Shown in pieces: positions 1 through 13,160 of a DNA stretch of 64,000 nucleotides. Position numbers and translations under genes: made by a program. This stretch comes from Nageia nagi (Eukaryota > Plantae > Pinophyta), in assembly GCA_050084985.1 (NCBI GenBank), contig JBITNC010000001.1, positions 34,720,001 to 34,784,000 on the forward strand, read 5' to 3'. The notes below the pieces were generated by a model. It was not told the DNA's origin and did no database searches. It saw only the letters and a list, made by a program, of their open reading frames with translations. Each line of letters begins with the position of its first letter. Positions within the stretch are counted from its first letter, which is position 1.

Positions 1-203
1 CATAGATGTGATTTAAAGGCTCTTTACTGGAGAGTGACATCACTAACAACCCATCTTCCTTTTGACATTAGCATAGAATTTAGTTACCATATTATACTCC
101 TAGCCTTACATGTGTCGAGTAGATTTCTTTGGCTCTGTTTAACCAGTTGTTGGCAATACATTTGGCCTATAGCCTCCCACCAGGAAATATCTGCTGCCAC
201 ATA

Positions 204-300
204 ACCACATCCATTCTTCTATTGGGCACTAATATCGCAGGATGGTTCTCTAAGCTAATCCCTTGGCATCACCACATCCAGTCTTCTATTGGGCATTAAC
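204..300. repeat. 30-bp direct repeat pair in the AUX1/LAX intron
   Basis: accacatccattcttctattgggcactaat (204-233) vs accacatccagtcttctattgggcattaac (271-300), 3 mismatches. Confidence 0.85.
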
Positions 301-381
301 AATCTTCTCACTATTGAGGCATGTCAGATGGGTGATAGGCATTGTTGCCATCCAATGCCAACACACTAAATTCGATGGATG

Positions 382-405
382 GAGAGAAAGAGAGAGAGAG
401 AGAGA
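382..405. repeat. (GA)n microsatellite in the AUX1/LAX intron
   Basis: gagagaaagagagagagagagaga. Confidence 0.9.
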
Positions 406-896
406 ACCAGCAAGCAGTGCTAATGGGTGTCCCGTGGCAGGGGATGTTTCCTGTCAAATTGTCAGATACATGCAATTATGCTAAAGATTATTCTACTTTC
501 CAATGAAAATTATCAAGCCCAAAAATAGTCTTCACCACCATTCTTGAAATTGACCCCAGGACCACTGACCTCTGCCCCCATATTCTATCCCCGAATCAGA
601 AAGATTTGTCCTTGAAACCATATTTAATGCAACTTGACAAGTACTCCACAGCCACCCACCAGAAGAAGCCCATACACAATACAATTCCACTAAAGCCCTA
701 AAAGATGTAAGCCTCAAAGTTCCATCTTCATGAAATCAGAGGTTATATTCTACAACCCAAGGCCAATTTAATCAAACACTAACAGTCATGTAGTTATAAT
801 CAGGCCTATTATGAGCTGAATTTATTCCATGATGTGGCCCCAAACCTGACATCTAACCAACAGTGAAGAGCGTAGAAGGATACCAAGATAAATCAC

Positions 897-1082
897 CTGA
901 ATGACATGGTTCTTGAAGCTGACATTTTCTTTCTCTTTCCTGCTCCTATATTCAACATAAAGGACACTGATCAAATAGGCTGTCCAGCTCCCCATGAGGC
1001 CATAGAATATCTGGAACAGGATCCCGGACACCAGCCCAAGCTGTGAGAACGAGTATGGCAGAGTCAACAGCACTTGGGCTAC
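897..1082 (-). CDS. AUX1/LAX: AUX1/LAX second coding exon; gene continues beyond the window start
   Basis: TTTTGCAG acceptor at 1084-1083, then VAQVLLTLPYSFSQLGLVSGILFQIFYGLMGSWTAYLISVLYVEYRSRKEKENVSFKNHVIQ (186 nt), then GTGATT donor at 896. The next expected exon (WFEVLDGLLG) is not seen in 1-896. Confidence 0.97.
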
Positions 1083-1837
1083 CTGCAAAATTCCAAAACA
1101 TCTTTCCTCAGCATACCAACCATAACACAGCGCACAAACCATAAACATAGAAAAATAAAAGCAAATCCCACAACCCACACCCATTAATCTCACTATAACA
1201 CCAAATCTTCCACACCCACATCCCTCGACCGCCATGTTTGTACACCCACATATATCAGAATAGCCCACTTCCCTTAACTCAGAAAGTATCTTAACTTTCT
1301 TTAACTATACTGTAGTCTGGTATACCATAATGAACTGTACTGCAAGATCTCCTAACTAGATAGCTAGAGTATGCTACTACTAGCAACAGAAACTGATACA
1401 CATATACCATTCTAATTCTGTGAAGCTAGTGAATAAACAGCTACCAAAGACAAAAACGCAGAACATGGCAGTGACACATGTTTCAAGATTGGATCTTGGA
1501 CACCTCACTGTAGCTTTCTATAACCTAATTAAAACTACTCCTAGCACACTTCACCATATGCTGTGCTAGACCCATACACAGACAGGTACACATATTCCAT
1601 CGTAAGTCTATGAAGTTTGGGGGACAATGGCACAATATAGACTGAACCACACAACATGATAACGGCACATACTGCAAGATTGGATCTCGGAGACTTAAAC
1701 CACTATACTATGCTACCTGAATACATCAACCGATACATTTGCGCTAAGCTAATTGTATTAAGCTACGAAACATGGATATCATGGACTGAAAGTCATTGTT
1801 ATGACAATGTTTCATTTCGAAAGATTCGATCTTGGAC
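1083..1837 (-). other. Intron between the two coding exons of AUX1/LAX (755 bp, GT-AG)
   Basis: Canonical splice sites join ...SNQ|VAQV... in frame. Confidence 0.93.
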
Positions 1838-2014
1838 CTGGTTGGATGCACAACTAAACCAGGCATCATACACGGAACCTCCGTGCCAGAAAAAGCTCTT
1901 GATGGTCCCTTTGATGGACTTTTCATCACTCCTATTTTGTGACTCCTTTCCCTCCACCTCCATCTCTCCATAATTTGCCACAATGGCTTGCTCTACCTGC
2001 TTCTGTGACACCAT
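1838..2014 (-). CDS. AUX1/LAX: AUX1/LAX auxin influx carrier, first coding exon (in-frame alternative ATG at 2020)
   Basis: Translates MVSQKQVEQAIVANYGEMEVEG...KSFFWHGGSVYDAWFSCASNQ, the conserved AUX1/LAX N-terminal motif. 177 nt, ends CAG|GT donor at 1837-1836, phase 0. Confidence 0.96.
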
Positions 2015-2548
2015 CTTCATCAGACAACTCTGAATCACCTCAAGATTGATTAATCCAAAGCACTCAGAAGCAGTGGACTATGTCCTAACCGACTCAATCC
2101 AAAAAGACTGAATTGAGACCTCAATTTACCAATGCAGGTTGCACAGCCCACCACAACAAGAATTATGTCAAAATCGTCTATTATCCCACCAGGGCTCAAC
2201 ACGACACATACAATGTTTGTATATGTATGTGTTGAAGTTCTTCTCTTCCCTTAGTATTGTTGTTGTATATGTCTACTACTATTGGATTTGCTGTCAAAGG
2301 GGATATCCAACCAACCAACCAAACAATAATACTACTGTACTAGTGCAGCGCACAGGGTTTGACACTTTAAAGGATCTCAGCCATCGGAAATCAAAGAAGT
2401 GTAATGCATCATTAAGATTATTTAGAACCAAACATTTTGCTTCCTTTGTCTGGAATTGTTGCTGTCATGCAAAGCAGCAGAGCCTAGAATGAATAATAAT
2501 GATAATGAGCCTGCTGGGCCTAGGCATGCGCGTATGCATCATTATTAT

Positions 2549-3264
2549 TGTCTCCATAACACCCCCACTTAGCCTAAAACCGAGGTCACATCAACAAGGG
2601 GTTGAAGGAGGCTTGTGGGGCTTAGATGATGAAGACCCATGTATTCTTTCATTTAACAATGCACCCCATATCATGCGATTATTAGTGAAGACCCGTAATC
2701 ACTACTGTCTCCATTACCACCAATTAACCTAAACCCGGATCTTGGGGAGGCTGGTAAGGCTTTTAAAGTGACCACGCAGATTTGATATTTTTAAATTGCC
2801 CATCCATGTCCATAAGATAGGTTGGGAAGTGGGAACCCATCTTAGTTTTAAGAAGCCTAAGGTGGCATCAAGAAGAAGGAGAACTCAAGGGCTAATGTGG
2901 GAATTAGGTAATCAAGACTTAAGATTTTTCTATTGAGAAGTTGACACCCATATCATTGGACTCCTTAGTAGACCATACTATACTGTCTCACTTCAAGGTC
3001 ACACCAACTATGGGGCCTAGACGTTGCAACCCTCGTAAAACTTTCGACTCAACGTTGCTAGAGACTGTACCACTATCGCGGAAGGAAGAGATTATGGGGC
3101 TTAGGTTACATGCAATTGTCGTGGTGGGCTCTTTCTCCAAGAAAGTAAGAATGTTGCTCACCAATCTCAATCACTTCCAATTATGGGTGAGGAAGTGTAA
3201 TTATCAGTCAACATTCAAACAAACAAGAGAGAAGGTGGCTTAAAATTTTACCAAACATGAGACA
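2549..3264. promoter_or_regulatory. Cluster of four TGTCTC/GAGACA auxin-response elements upstream of AUX1/LAX
   Basis: TGTCTC at 2549, 2706 and 2984; GAGACA at 3259. The first two share the extension TGTCTCCAT. Function is inferred. Confidence 0.5.
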
Positions 3265-3987
3265 CACATGCTGTTGTATGTAGAGGTGAATTCCCGCTAC
3301 TCACTACCCAAGGTGGTAGATTTGCTTTGCATTTAAGCTTTAGTTTATATGAGAAAGCTTAATAGATTATAGGTTTATTTTTGAAAGAGTATCAAGTGGT
3401 GGATATGATTTATTTAAGCGATGATGAAGAGAGGTCACTCATTTGTGCGTAAGCTAACCCTCCATTTAAAGTTTAAACGGTGTTGTATGAGATATAATGA
3501 TGACCAGCCTCTTATGAAAAGATTTGGATATGCTTTATAAAGATTTCAAAGTCAGTCTTGCTGAATTCAATAAATTTGTGTAATACGTATTAGTATAGAT
3601 TTACTTGGGACTCGGAGAATTTTATTTTGGGTGGTGTTTGGTTGATAAGTGCCAAAAGAGTTGGAAGTCACATGCACATAAGCGATCACATGACTTTGTT
3701 TAGATAGCATCTTAAACATAGTCTAAGAAGACGAGTAGGGATTTGAGGTTGGAGGCATGTGAAAGGTGGAGGAGGTATTGTTTTCAGGAGAAAATCACAG
3801 GAGTCACATGGCATAGGCTTTGCTTCAATGTTACTTGTTGACTTGGATATATTATAGGGGCGGCAAGTCAGCCGAGTAAGCAGCTGCAGCTGTTCTACTC
3901 ATGAATGCCCTTAATTTAATATTCCTCTCCTCCACATTTACTCTTTTCCCATGAAAAATGGCATGAGAAATGGAAGATACACCTCAA

Positions 3988-4044
3988 GTCCTAAAATATT
4001 AGATAAAATCGTGTCCTAAAATATTACATAAAATCGTGTCCTAA
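3988..4044. repeat. 25-bp tandem duplication
   Basis: gtcctaaaatatta(g/c)ataaaatcgt x2 plus a partial third copy. Confidence 0.9.
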
Positions 4045-4434
4045 CATGAGAGATGATCGTCTTATATGCCAATGCATTGAAGTTGGACGAAGACGAGAGT
4101 GTGTTCCGTGATAGGCTATAAGGAAAATTGATTTTTGAAGTCAATAGGTTTAGAGGTTTTTTATGGAGTTCGATCTTTCATTAGGATTATTTCTCATCTT
4201 TTCATCAAATAAATTCAAAGAGATTATAATACACTCTTAAGGTAAAGTAGGATGACGATGAGGTTTTGCTGATAATGCATTAGTTGAATTTGTAATGATT
4301 CTTTATCTTTGCTATTGATTTTTTTTATTTGGTTCACGTTGGTATTGATTTTTTATTTTCTTTACATTGATTATATTTTATATTTTTTTAGGTAGTTAAT
4401 GGTTTTATTTATCATCTTTTCTATTATTAGTATC

Positions 4435-4700
4435 ATTAGTCATATGGTTTGAGAATCTTCTTGATCAAATGAGAGTATGTTTCTACTAATTTTGTATTGA
4501 ATCTTAACACCACATCATGCGAGACGATTTATATTTGTCATTTTTGTACCATTAGGGAAATGAAGTATGAGGATCACTTTATCTTTAGGTGCCCTAATTG
4601 CAACAAGATCCAAAGAAGATTCCATTACTTATTCAAAGACTTCAAAATTTGTCTTCCACCTTCTTTCAATATCCTAATCAATGGTATTTAGTACTGTATA
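4435..4700 (+). mobile_element. LINE 3' fragment (C-terminal CCHC zinc finger of ORF2)
   Basis: ICHFCTIREMKYEDHFIFRCPNCNKIQRRF fits the C-x2-C...H-x4-C LINE zinc finger, preceded by a degenerate SYGLRI (SHxLRI-like) motif. Confidence 0.6.
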
Positions 4701-7296
4701 TTCTAGAAACTATCTTGTTTAGGTACAAATCTTTATAAGAGACCCTCATTACCACCAAGTTGGTCACTTCCTTCTTCCAACCCATCACTCCTATTGGGGT
4801 CAAGCACCCTCGACACACGTCTACCTCTCACACAAACAACAAATAGGTCAATCCATCAATGATCTTCATCAGGAACTATCATACATGTCCCCTAACGACC
4901 TCTTTGTATTAGGTACCATAGAGCTTCTTCCAATTGATATTAAGACGCCTCCTTACATATATTATCGAGATAGTACAAGCAATTCATTATTACCATTTTC
5001 TTCATGGAGACTAACAATCCTCCGACCTTGAACATCAAGAATGATTTGATGTTGTAATCTTAAAATTTTTGTTTGATGAGTTTCTCTCATAGCTTACTAC
5101 CCCATTGTTTATTCATTTGTTTGTTTTCATAGTCAACTATTTTCCCTATCTACTTTTTCTCTAGTTCCTTTTTATTTCTTTGATTGTAATTCCTAGTCAC
5201 TTTAACCTTGATGGTCCCCAAACCTACAATAGATCCAAATGGTACTGGATTGAAAGAAGCCCTAAATAGTGTTGAATCGATTGTAATCTTAGTTAGTATT
5301 GAACTGATTGCATCCCCTTATGGCATTTGACTGTAGTAGACCTTGAATAAACTCAAACTGATGATATCTATTGTTATTCCACTAGATCTCAAAATGAGTG
5401 CAAATTGCTAGTTTTCTTTATGATGTGATGGTATGAGTATTTCATATGTATATATAACGACCCATATGTGGGTAATTTGTTAGGTTAATTTTTTTTATTC
5501 AAGGTAAAAATGGGCCCAACATGTTTAGAATCCAAGGCGATATATTTCAAAAAGTAAAAAATTATTGTAAATTCATTGGCTATCAAGCCCTCATAATTAA
5601 AAATCATATAAAATTTTAGCTAATTGATAAGAACAATGATGTACTATACTAGTCAAATCAAAAATTAAGAATCCTAAATTTTATCCAAGTTTAGTCATTT
5701 AGCCTACTAAAGTTTTCCCTTTCCTCAAAGTGGTAGAACTTACCATCATTGAATTTTGATTCATTAATATTCTAGTTTTGATTATTATGAGTTACTCTTT
5801 ATTTGATATTATATCATGATGTTATTCTTCTCACTCTTTAGTTACGCTATTTTGATATATTTAGAATATTATTGTTGATATTAAAAATTGATTAAATAAT
5901 TAATTTAATATCATTATAATAAATAATAATACTAATAAAGTACTAAAAAATACATGATTTGCAATGTGATAAAACCTAGCTTCTTCATACTATTGACCAA
6001 TCAAATATGAATTCAAATGACTACAAACTTGTCATTTACCAATATCGTGTCATTCACAACTTAGATATGACCTCTATAGGGTTTAGATAATTCACTCTCA
6101 AAATTCAAACCTCCTTCCTTACTAGGCATGGTGTGTTAACATACTACAATTTATCAACGTAAGGCGATGCATCGACACACTATAATCTAGGTTCCCTATA
6201 TCCTTCAGATTTACATGCATCATTAAGGTTGCCTACCAAGGTTATTAGATCTAACTATGAATATTGTGAACAAGGAATGTAATATCTAAATAGGGCACAA
6301 ATCTAGACTTGATAGGTGGCATTGAAAGATACTAAGAAAGGCTCTTTAGAAGTGTATCAATGTATCTATCAAGGTTTCGATATCATCAATATCATATCCT
6401 TCTTCCCTTTAAATAGATGAGAGATTCATAAGTATAGGACAATATCTCTACTTGACTTAACACTCCTTAGACTTGTCATCAAAACAAAATAAAGGAGTGA
6501 AATTGCACTTTATTTTATAACTATAATTAAATAAATAATTAAATCTCTTAAATACTTAGGCACATAAAATATAATTTTTAACTAAATAAAAATCAAATTT
6601 AGGTGTTAATAACTGCCCCCCTTTGAACATAGTTTTGATAAAACTAAAAGTATGATTCGAAGGAAAATAAGAAATACTTACCTCTTAACTCTTCACTATA
6701 GTATCTTAGAGTTCTTTATTTTTCTTACAGCTCATGCCCCCTCTTTTCTTGGTTACTACAGTGAATACTTGTTTGAAATGAAGGCACCATAGCAAAGAAT
6801 AGAATGAAACTTCAACTTACCTTTTATTTGTGGTTCACCGATGCACTATGATGTCTCGATGTACTATTTCTTTCATGTTTAGCTCAAAATAAAATCACCT
6901 TGTGTCATCTTCATATATCAAAATAATATTTTATCATTTATCATAGATTTTATCTATCATTGTTGAACTCATCAAATGAAGACTACAAATTGTAATCAAC
7001 TTACTATGTCTTCTTTTTACAAGATATTATCATCATAAAACATGGATATCATCATGTAGTTATTGTTATCTCAAGATAAAATAAACACAAGATTTATACT
7101 TGATTGAAGAATTAGCTAAATATAGCTCATCTATCATAGCTAACAAAAGTATCAAATGTAAGATATGAAACTTATTACTAGGTTTTACTTATATATCCTC
7201 AAAGTAATGAAACTCTCCTTGATACACTTATATTACTAAAGATGCTAGAACTAGGTACTTACTTGCCCTAATTACCAAAGAGGAAATCCTTTTAGC

Positions 7297-7534
7297 CACA
7301 CCATCCAATTGCATGCGATAACTAAATACTAAAAGGAGTGATAACTCAACTTGCACCATCCAACTACATATTATAACTAAGAAGCAATGTGTATTTGATT
7401 GCACCACCCAATTGCATATTATAACCAAATACCACATGGAGAGATAGCTTAGCCTGCACCACGCAATTGCACGCTATAACTAAGTACCAATACCAATATT
7501 ATCTTAGTATGCATCACCCAATTGCATGCAATAA
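7297..7534. repeat. Five-copy ~55-bp tandem array in the 3' non-coding region of element A
   Basis: Core TGCACCACCCAATTGCATRYTATAACTAA at 7297, 7352, 7400, 7455 and 7510. Confidence 0.85.
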
Positions 7535-10519
7535 AAAAGAATCAATAAGGTTGCCTTGAATTCTATTCTGATTCCCTAAGAGAAAAGATTTTTTATTTTC
7601 TTGAATTCTATTTTTAGTCCTTGAGAATAAAGGACTATCTTCTCAATTGGTTTCCCCAACTAAGAGGACTTATCTTACTTATGCAAAATTTTATTGAACT
7701 TTGCAAATATAATATGGAATCAAACTCATGCTTGTAATAACAAGCTAAGGTACAAGAAAGCCTACATGTTATCTTTTGTGGCATAACTTACTTTTAGCTT
7801 GGGTGAACATCTCCATGATCTCTACGATCTATTGTGAAGAACACTAGTAGCAAATACTTCATAGATGGTATGCTGGTATATCATAAATGAGGTAATTTTC
7901 TATTAAAATTTCTTTATCAAGAAAAATATCTAAACTTTGTGAGGTTTCCTTACTCCATAGGGAAGAAATGGATAAATACAAGTCTTGATCCAACCTCCTT
8001 TTATCATATGTATTCTTTCTCATATTTTTATGACTTTTTCTTACTTATTAATGACATATTTATGAGGAAAGAGCTTGTCCCAATCTATAAAAAAATCTAA
8101 AAGTGAAAATAACTTACTAAATATGGTATATTGGTGTACTATTGTATGTTAAAGTACTAAAATATAATTTGATGTACTTATTATTTCTTTTCTTAACAAT
8201 TATTGACTATCTACCTAAACTGATTTAACTATATAAATTGATACTAAGATGTCTTTATTATGCATAAAATCTCTTAATATGCATAATATTGATAGGATTA
8301 TTTACGTATTTACCCTCAATCATTGAAAACTTGTATTCCCTCAAGTCATACTCATCAATTACTATATAAGGGCCTATCCAATTTGGCTCAAACTTATACA
8401 CTTTCTCTTGCTTAATGATTTTTATTTTTTCTTTATTTCTATCTCAAAATCAAGTCTCCAACTTGTACTTCATTTAGCTTGATCTTCTTCCTATATGCTC
8501 TATTTACTCTATTTGTATATACTCTAAGATGTTCTAATGCATTCACTCCCTTTTCATCCAAAGGTTCTAATGATGCCAATGTTGCTTTCCTCCTTTTCTC
8601 ATCCAAGATGTATCCCTCAAAGGATACCCTTAATAATGAAATCTCTAAGGGAACTAAAACCTAATCTCCATATACCAAGGAAAATGGAGTTTTCCCTATT
8701 GTTATCCTTTTGGTTATTCTATAAGCCCATAATGCATAAGGAAGTTGGTGATGCTAATCCTTACTATTCTTTTGGATTGTTTTCCTCAAAATACTAACCA
8801 TAGTCTTATTATTAGCTTCAACTTGGCCATTTCCTTGAGGATAATAAGGAGTAGAGAACTTTTGGTTGATGTGAAACTCCTCATAAAATTGGTACAACTC
8901 TTTACCCCTAAAGTTAGGACCATTATCCATGAGCAAAATGGATGGCATCCCAAATCTTATCATGATATTCTCAATAAGAAACTCAATACTTTTAAAACCC
9001 TTAGAAGATTTCAATAGAATATATTCTACCCATTTTGTGAAATATTTCATGGTTGTGATTATAAACTTATGCATGCCCCTCCCTTGAAATTGGGTTTAGC
9101 TTACCCATAAAATCAAGTTATCATATAAAGAAAGGCCAAGGGGAAATAATAGAATATAATTCATGTGAAGGGGATCGTTGCAAGTTAGCATTCTTTTGGC
9201 ATTATTTACACTTCATATCATACTCATACCAATCATTTTCTATACAATTTCAATAATATCCTAACATTAGTAATTTCAAATAAATTATTTTAGCATTAAA
9301 ATATCATCCATGTATACCTTCATGAGCTTGTTTCATTTCTTCCTCAATTTCACTTGGCCGAAGGAATCTTAACAAAGCACTATCAAATGACCTTATATAT
9401 AGAAAATCTCCAAGGTTGACATATATAGAGGTTATCTTCAACCTTATTCTAAATTTCACATCATAAACACTTAGAACTATACCTTATTTAAGGTACTAAA
9501 AAACTTCCCCATACCATGGAATAACATGAAACATAGTGGCTAAAAAATAGTGATCTTCAAGAAAATTATCAAGAAGCAAATCATAAGATGTATTTATTAA
9601 GTTTTTGATTATGAGGATTATCTCTTCATATTCAATATTTATTGAAGCTAATGAAGCTTTATTATTCATAACATCTACATATCTATTATTTTCTTTAAGA
9701 ATATTGTCTATCTCATACTCCTAAAAATGCAGCAACAAACTAGCCATCATTTCTTTGTAGGGTACTAACTTCTCATCATTTGTGTTATATGTATCACTTA
9801 TTTCAACAATCAATTGGGAGTCTCCATATATCTTGATTCTCTACACTTTAGAATAATAACAACCTTCAATCCCCAAATGAGAGCTTAATACTCAACTATA
9901 TTATTGGTGCACTCAAAACTTAACCTACATGACATAGGAATGATATCTACATAAGGATTCACTAGCATAATTATTGCACTTGCTCCATTCATGCATGTAA
10001 AACCATAAAAGTACAATATACACTCATCATCCTTTGAAAATCTAATTCTTTAGGGTATTCTTTTGTTAGTTCAACACATTAGTATGTTTCTAATGCATTA
10101 ACATACATAACTATCTCTTTGATGTTTGTACACTCATTTAGAAATGCTTCTCATATCATGGATGAATCATCCCTAGAATGTTAATCTATAAACATTATAA
10201 CCTTAAATATATGACTAATTTACTAAAGAAACAACACCCATTTTGTAGCCCTTCCCTAGAGATAAGGCTTTGACATCAAATATCTAAGCAAATTTGCTTG
10301 ATCTATCACAAGTATAGTTATTCCCAACATGTAGTACCTTATATATTTTTGTTGAGAAAACTATTTCAAAGCATAACTTCTCAATGTATGTATACCTTAT
10401 CTCATAATCAATCAATATTTTACTAATTTAATACACTTATCTTTCCTTATCCTTATAATCTTTTTGAACCAATATTACCCCAAGGCTACTAAAGTAGCTA
10501 AAACATAAAGAAATAAAGG

Positions 10520-11192
10520 TGATACACCTTATCAAGGTCATAAATTTTGATTTAGGTGTTCATTGTTTTTCCTATTCATGTAGAATTAAAATAAAATCAG
10601 CATGAAAGCTAATCTTACTAGCCTTAAGGTGGTTTTTTTGATACTTTTCAAAGCCCTAAATCTTCATTGATGGCCTAAAATTGATTTTGAATGTAAATTT
10701 CAAAGTTTTTGAGAACCAACATTTTTTTATAGTAGAATAGGGAGGATATTTTGGGATAGTCTTAATTATTAAATAATGGATGAATGATTTTATTTTGGAT
10801 GTTATTCGAGTTATTTTCTAGAGTTACTAAAAATAGTAAGTTTACTTAAATAGTAAGTTGGGTTAATAAAATAGTAAGTGTGAATTAGGAGGTTTTAGGG
10901 TTGAAGTTTCTATATATACATGGGGGGGGGGGTATTCCTCTTGGAGGAGGCAATTTAGATTCAAGAAATAAATAATTCAATTTGTAAGATTCAATTGTGG
11001 AATTATCTTATTGTATGTGAGTCTTATTTATTTTTTTGGGGTTCATTATGGGACTCTTGTAGTGAATCTACATCAAAAGGTCTACTATGATCAAGAGAAG
11101 TTAAAATGAGAGAATTAAAGAGTTATATTTTTAATTCTTCAAAATCTTCTTGGTATTTTTATCCCACGTAAAATTTTCATATTTCTTCAATA
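10520..11192 (+). mobile_element. Probable solo LTR inserted at the RT/RH junction of element A
   Basis: Non-coding block starting TGATACACC with TATA-like ctatatataca and a G11 run. Pol coding resumes on both sides (RRFIAQL / PLFLYV) with the linker missing. No TSD seen. Confidence 0.6.
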
Positions 11193-12757
11193 TATGAGAG
11201 AAGGGGGTTTTCCTATGAACTAATTGAGCAATAAACCTTCTTATTGATTGAAGAATCCTCAAATCCTTCAACATCCTTAGTGAAGGCATTTCTTATATGG
11301 ATTTTACTTTTTTAGGAACTATCTATATTGCATCTCTATTCCCCTCTTTAGAAAATAAATCTAAGCAACTTTCTTAAAGATAAATAAAATTAACACTTTG
11401 AAGGCTTCAATCTCAACTTATACTTAATCTCTCAAAAATATCCCTTTTCTTTAACTTTGTTAGGATTTCATCTATATAAATCTCCATAGTTTTATGAATT
11501 AAATTATGAAACATAGATACCATAGCTCTTTGGAATATTTCTCCCATATTCTTCAAAACAAAAGATATCATCACATAATAAAATGTGCCCTATGTAGTAA
11601 CAAAGGTTGTTTTATGTTGATTATAATCTAATTATACTATGAAAATCATCCATGAAAGAGAGAATCTCATAAATAGTTATAGAATCAACAATCATATATA
11701 TGTTAGGAAGTGGAAAATTATCCTTAGGATAAGCTTTATTTATATCCCTAAAATTTGTACAACATCTCTCTTCTCCATTGGGCTTTGTTATAGTCACAAC
11801 ATTGGATATCAAAGGAGAATAATATATAGGTTTTTTGAAACTAACTTTAAGATACTTATAAATCTTCTTCTTGATCAATAACGTATACCTAGGAGGTATC
11901 TTCCAAGGATTTTGAGCTGCTAGTTTAGCATCATCTCTCACAACCAAACTATGAGTGAAAAACTTAGGATCCAAACAAAACATGTTAACATAGTCATAAG
12001 AAAACATATCAAAATAATCACATAACAATTTCCAATAAATACTCTTTTATTCTTCATTTATCTAAACTCTTACATGAATCTCTTTTTCAAGTGCAATTTT
12101 TTTCATAATTTATGGGAGGTATAATCCGAAATGAGGAGGAGGAATAACATCAATCAAGGATCAAAGGAAAAGTGCAATGGATCAAGTGAGCATAAAACCA
12201 AGGAAGTATGAAATTATTCTAACCAAATCTAAAGGAGTACAATTCTTTCAATTTGATTGGATCAAGACTTTCACCATCAACAATTTGGAGATAAGGATTA
12301 CCAATTTTCAAAATACCATTGGAGATGTCATGTACCGATAAGGTCCCTCATAGTATATCCTATTTCATGTTAAAGGATATAGATTTTTATCTAATTGATT
12401 TTTATTTATTGATTATGATGTGATTTTATCAATAAGTGGTTAAAATTATTTTAACCATAGTTTAAGTTACTCAAGGTAGTTAGGGTTTTGTAGGAAGTTG
12501 AAAAGTCATAGGTAGTTGAAGCATTAAGGTAGGTGAAAGGTTAAGGTAGAGGAATAGATAAATTTTGTAACCTCCCATAAAATTATAAATGAGAGGTTTA
12601 ATATTTTATATTATAGGATTGAAGAGTGTACCATTTGGAGTTGAAAATAAAGAAGGCAAGTTTATCTTTGAAGATTGAAGACATTAATGTAACAAAGATC
12701 TTGCTATATCAATAAAGATATTATTTTTTCTTCCACATTGTTTTGTTCACTTATTAT

Positions 12758-13160
12758 AAGATCATTTTGAAGATTATCATTTTATGTAATGATATTTCCT
12801 TTAGTTTAATATTGATATATCTTCATGGGTTTATCAAGTAATTATAATTAGGCTTATGAATATAGATGGATTCTTATGCAAGCTATGTAACATGAGATAA
12901 GATATTAAGAAGAAAATTTCATGTTGTGATGAAGTGAAAATGATACATAAATGAAGAGATCATTCACTTCCATGTTATGTTATTTTTTTCTTATGAGATC
13001 ATTTTGAAAATAAAGATTGAGATCACAAGTCATCATGTAGTGATTTTTCCTTGTTTCAAGATTGATATCTCTTCACAAGTTTACAAAGTCTTTGTAGGTA
13101 GCTTATGAAGATAAATTGAATCTCATGCAACCTATGCATCTTGAGATAACATCTTAAGAA
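12758..13160. repeat. Degenerate ~235-bp duplication inside an LTR-like fragment
   Basis: agatcattttgaa...gcttatgaa...atgcaa(g/c)ctatg...gagataa occurs near 12760 and again near 12995. Confidence 0.6.

Noticed and set aside
263-484. ORF with an RERERE tract
   Set aside because: Produced by the (GA)n microsatellite, antisense within the AUX1/LAX intron.
822-1268. 148-aa standalone protein
   Set aside because: Only 1082-897 is exon; the flanks are intron read-through.
2030-2130. 5'-UTR intron of AUX1/LAX
   Set aside because: GT/AG candidates exist, but there is no transcript evidence or clear TSS/TATA box to support them.
7297-7534. CRISPR array
   Set aside because: Repeats are degenerate, linkers are related to each other, there are no cas genes, and the array lies inside a plant retrotransposon.
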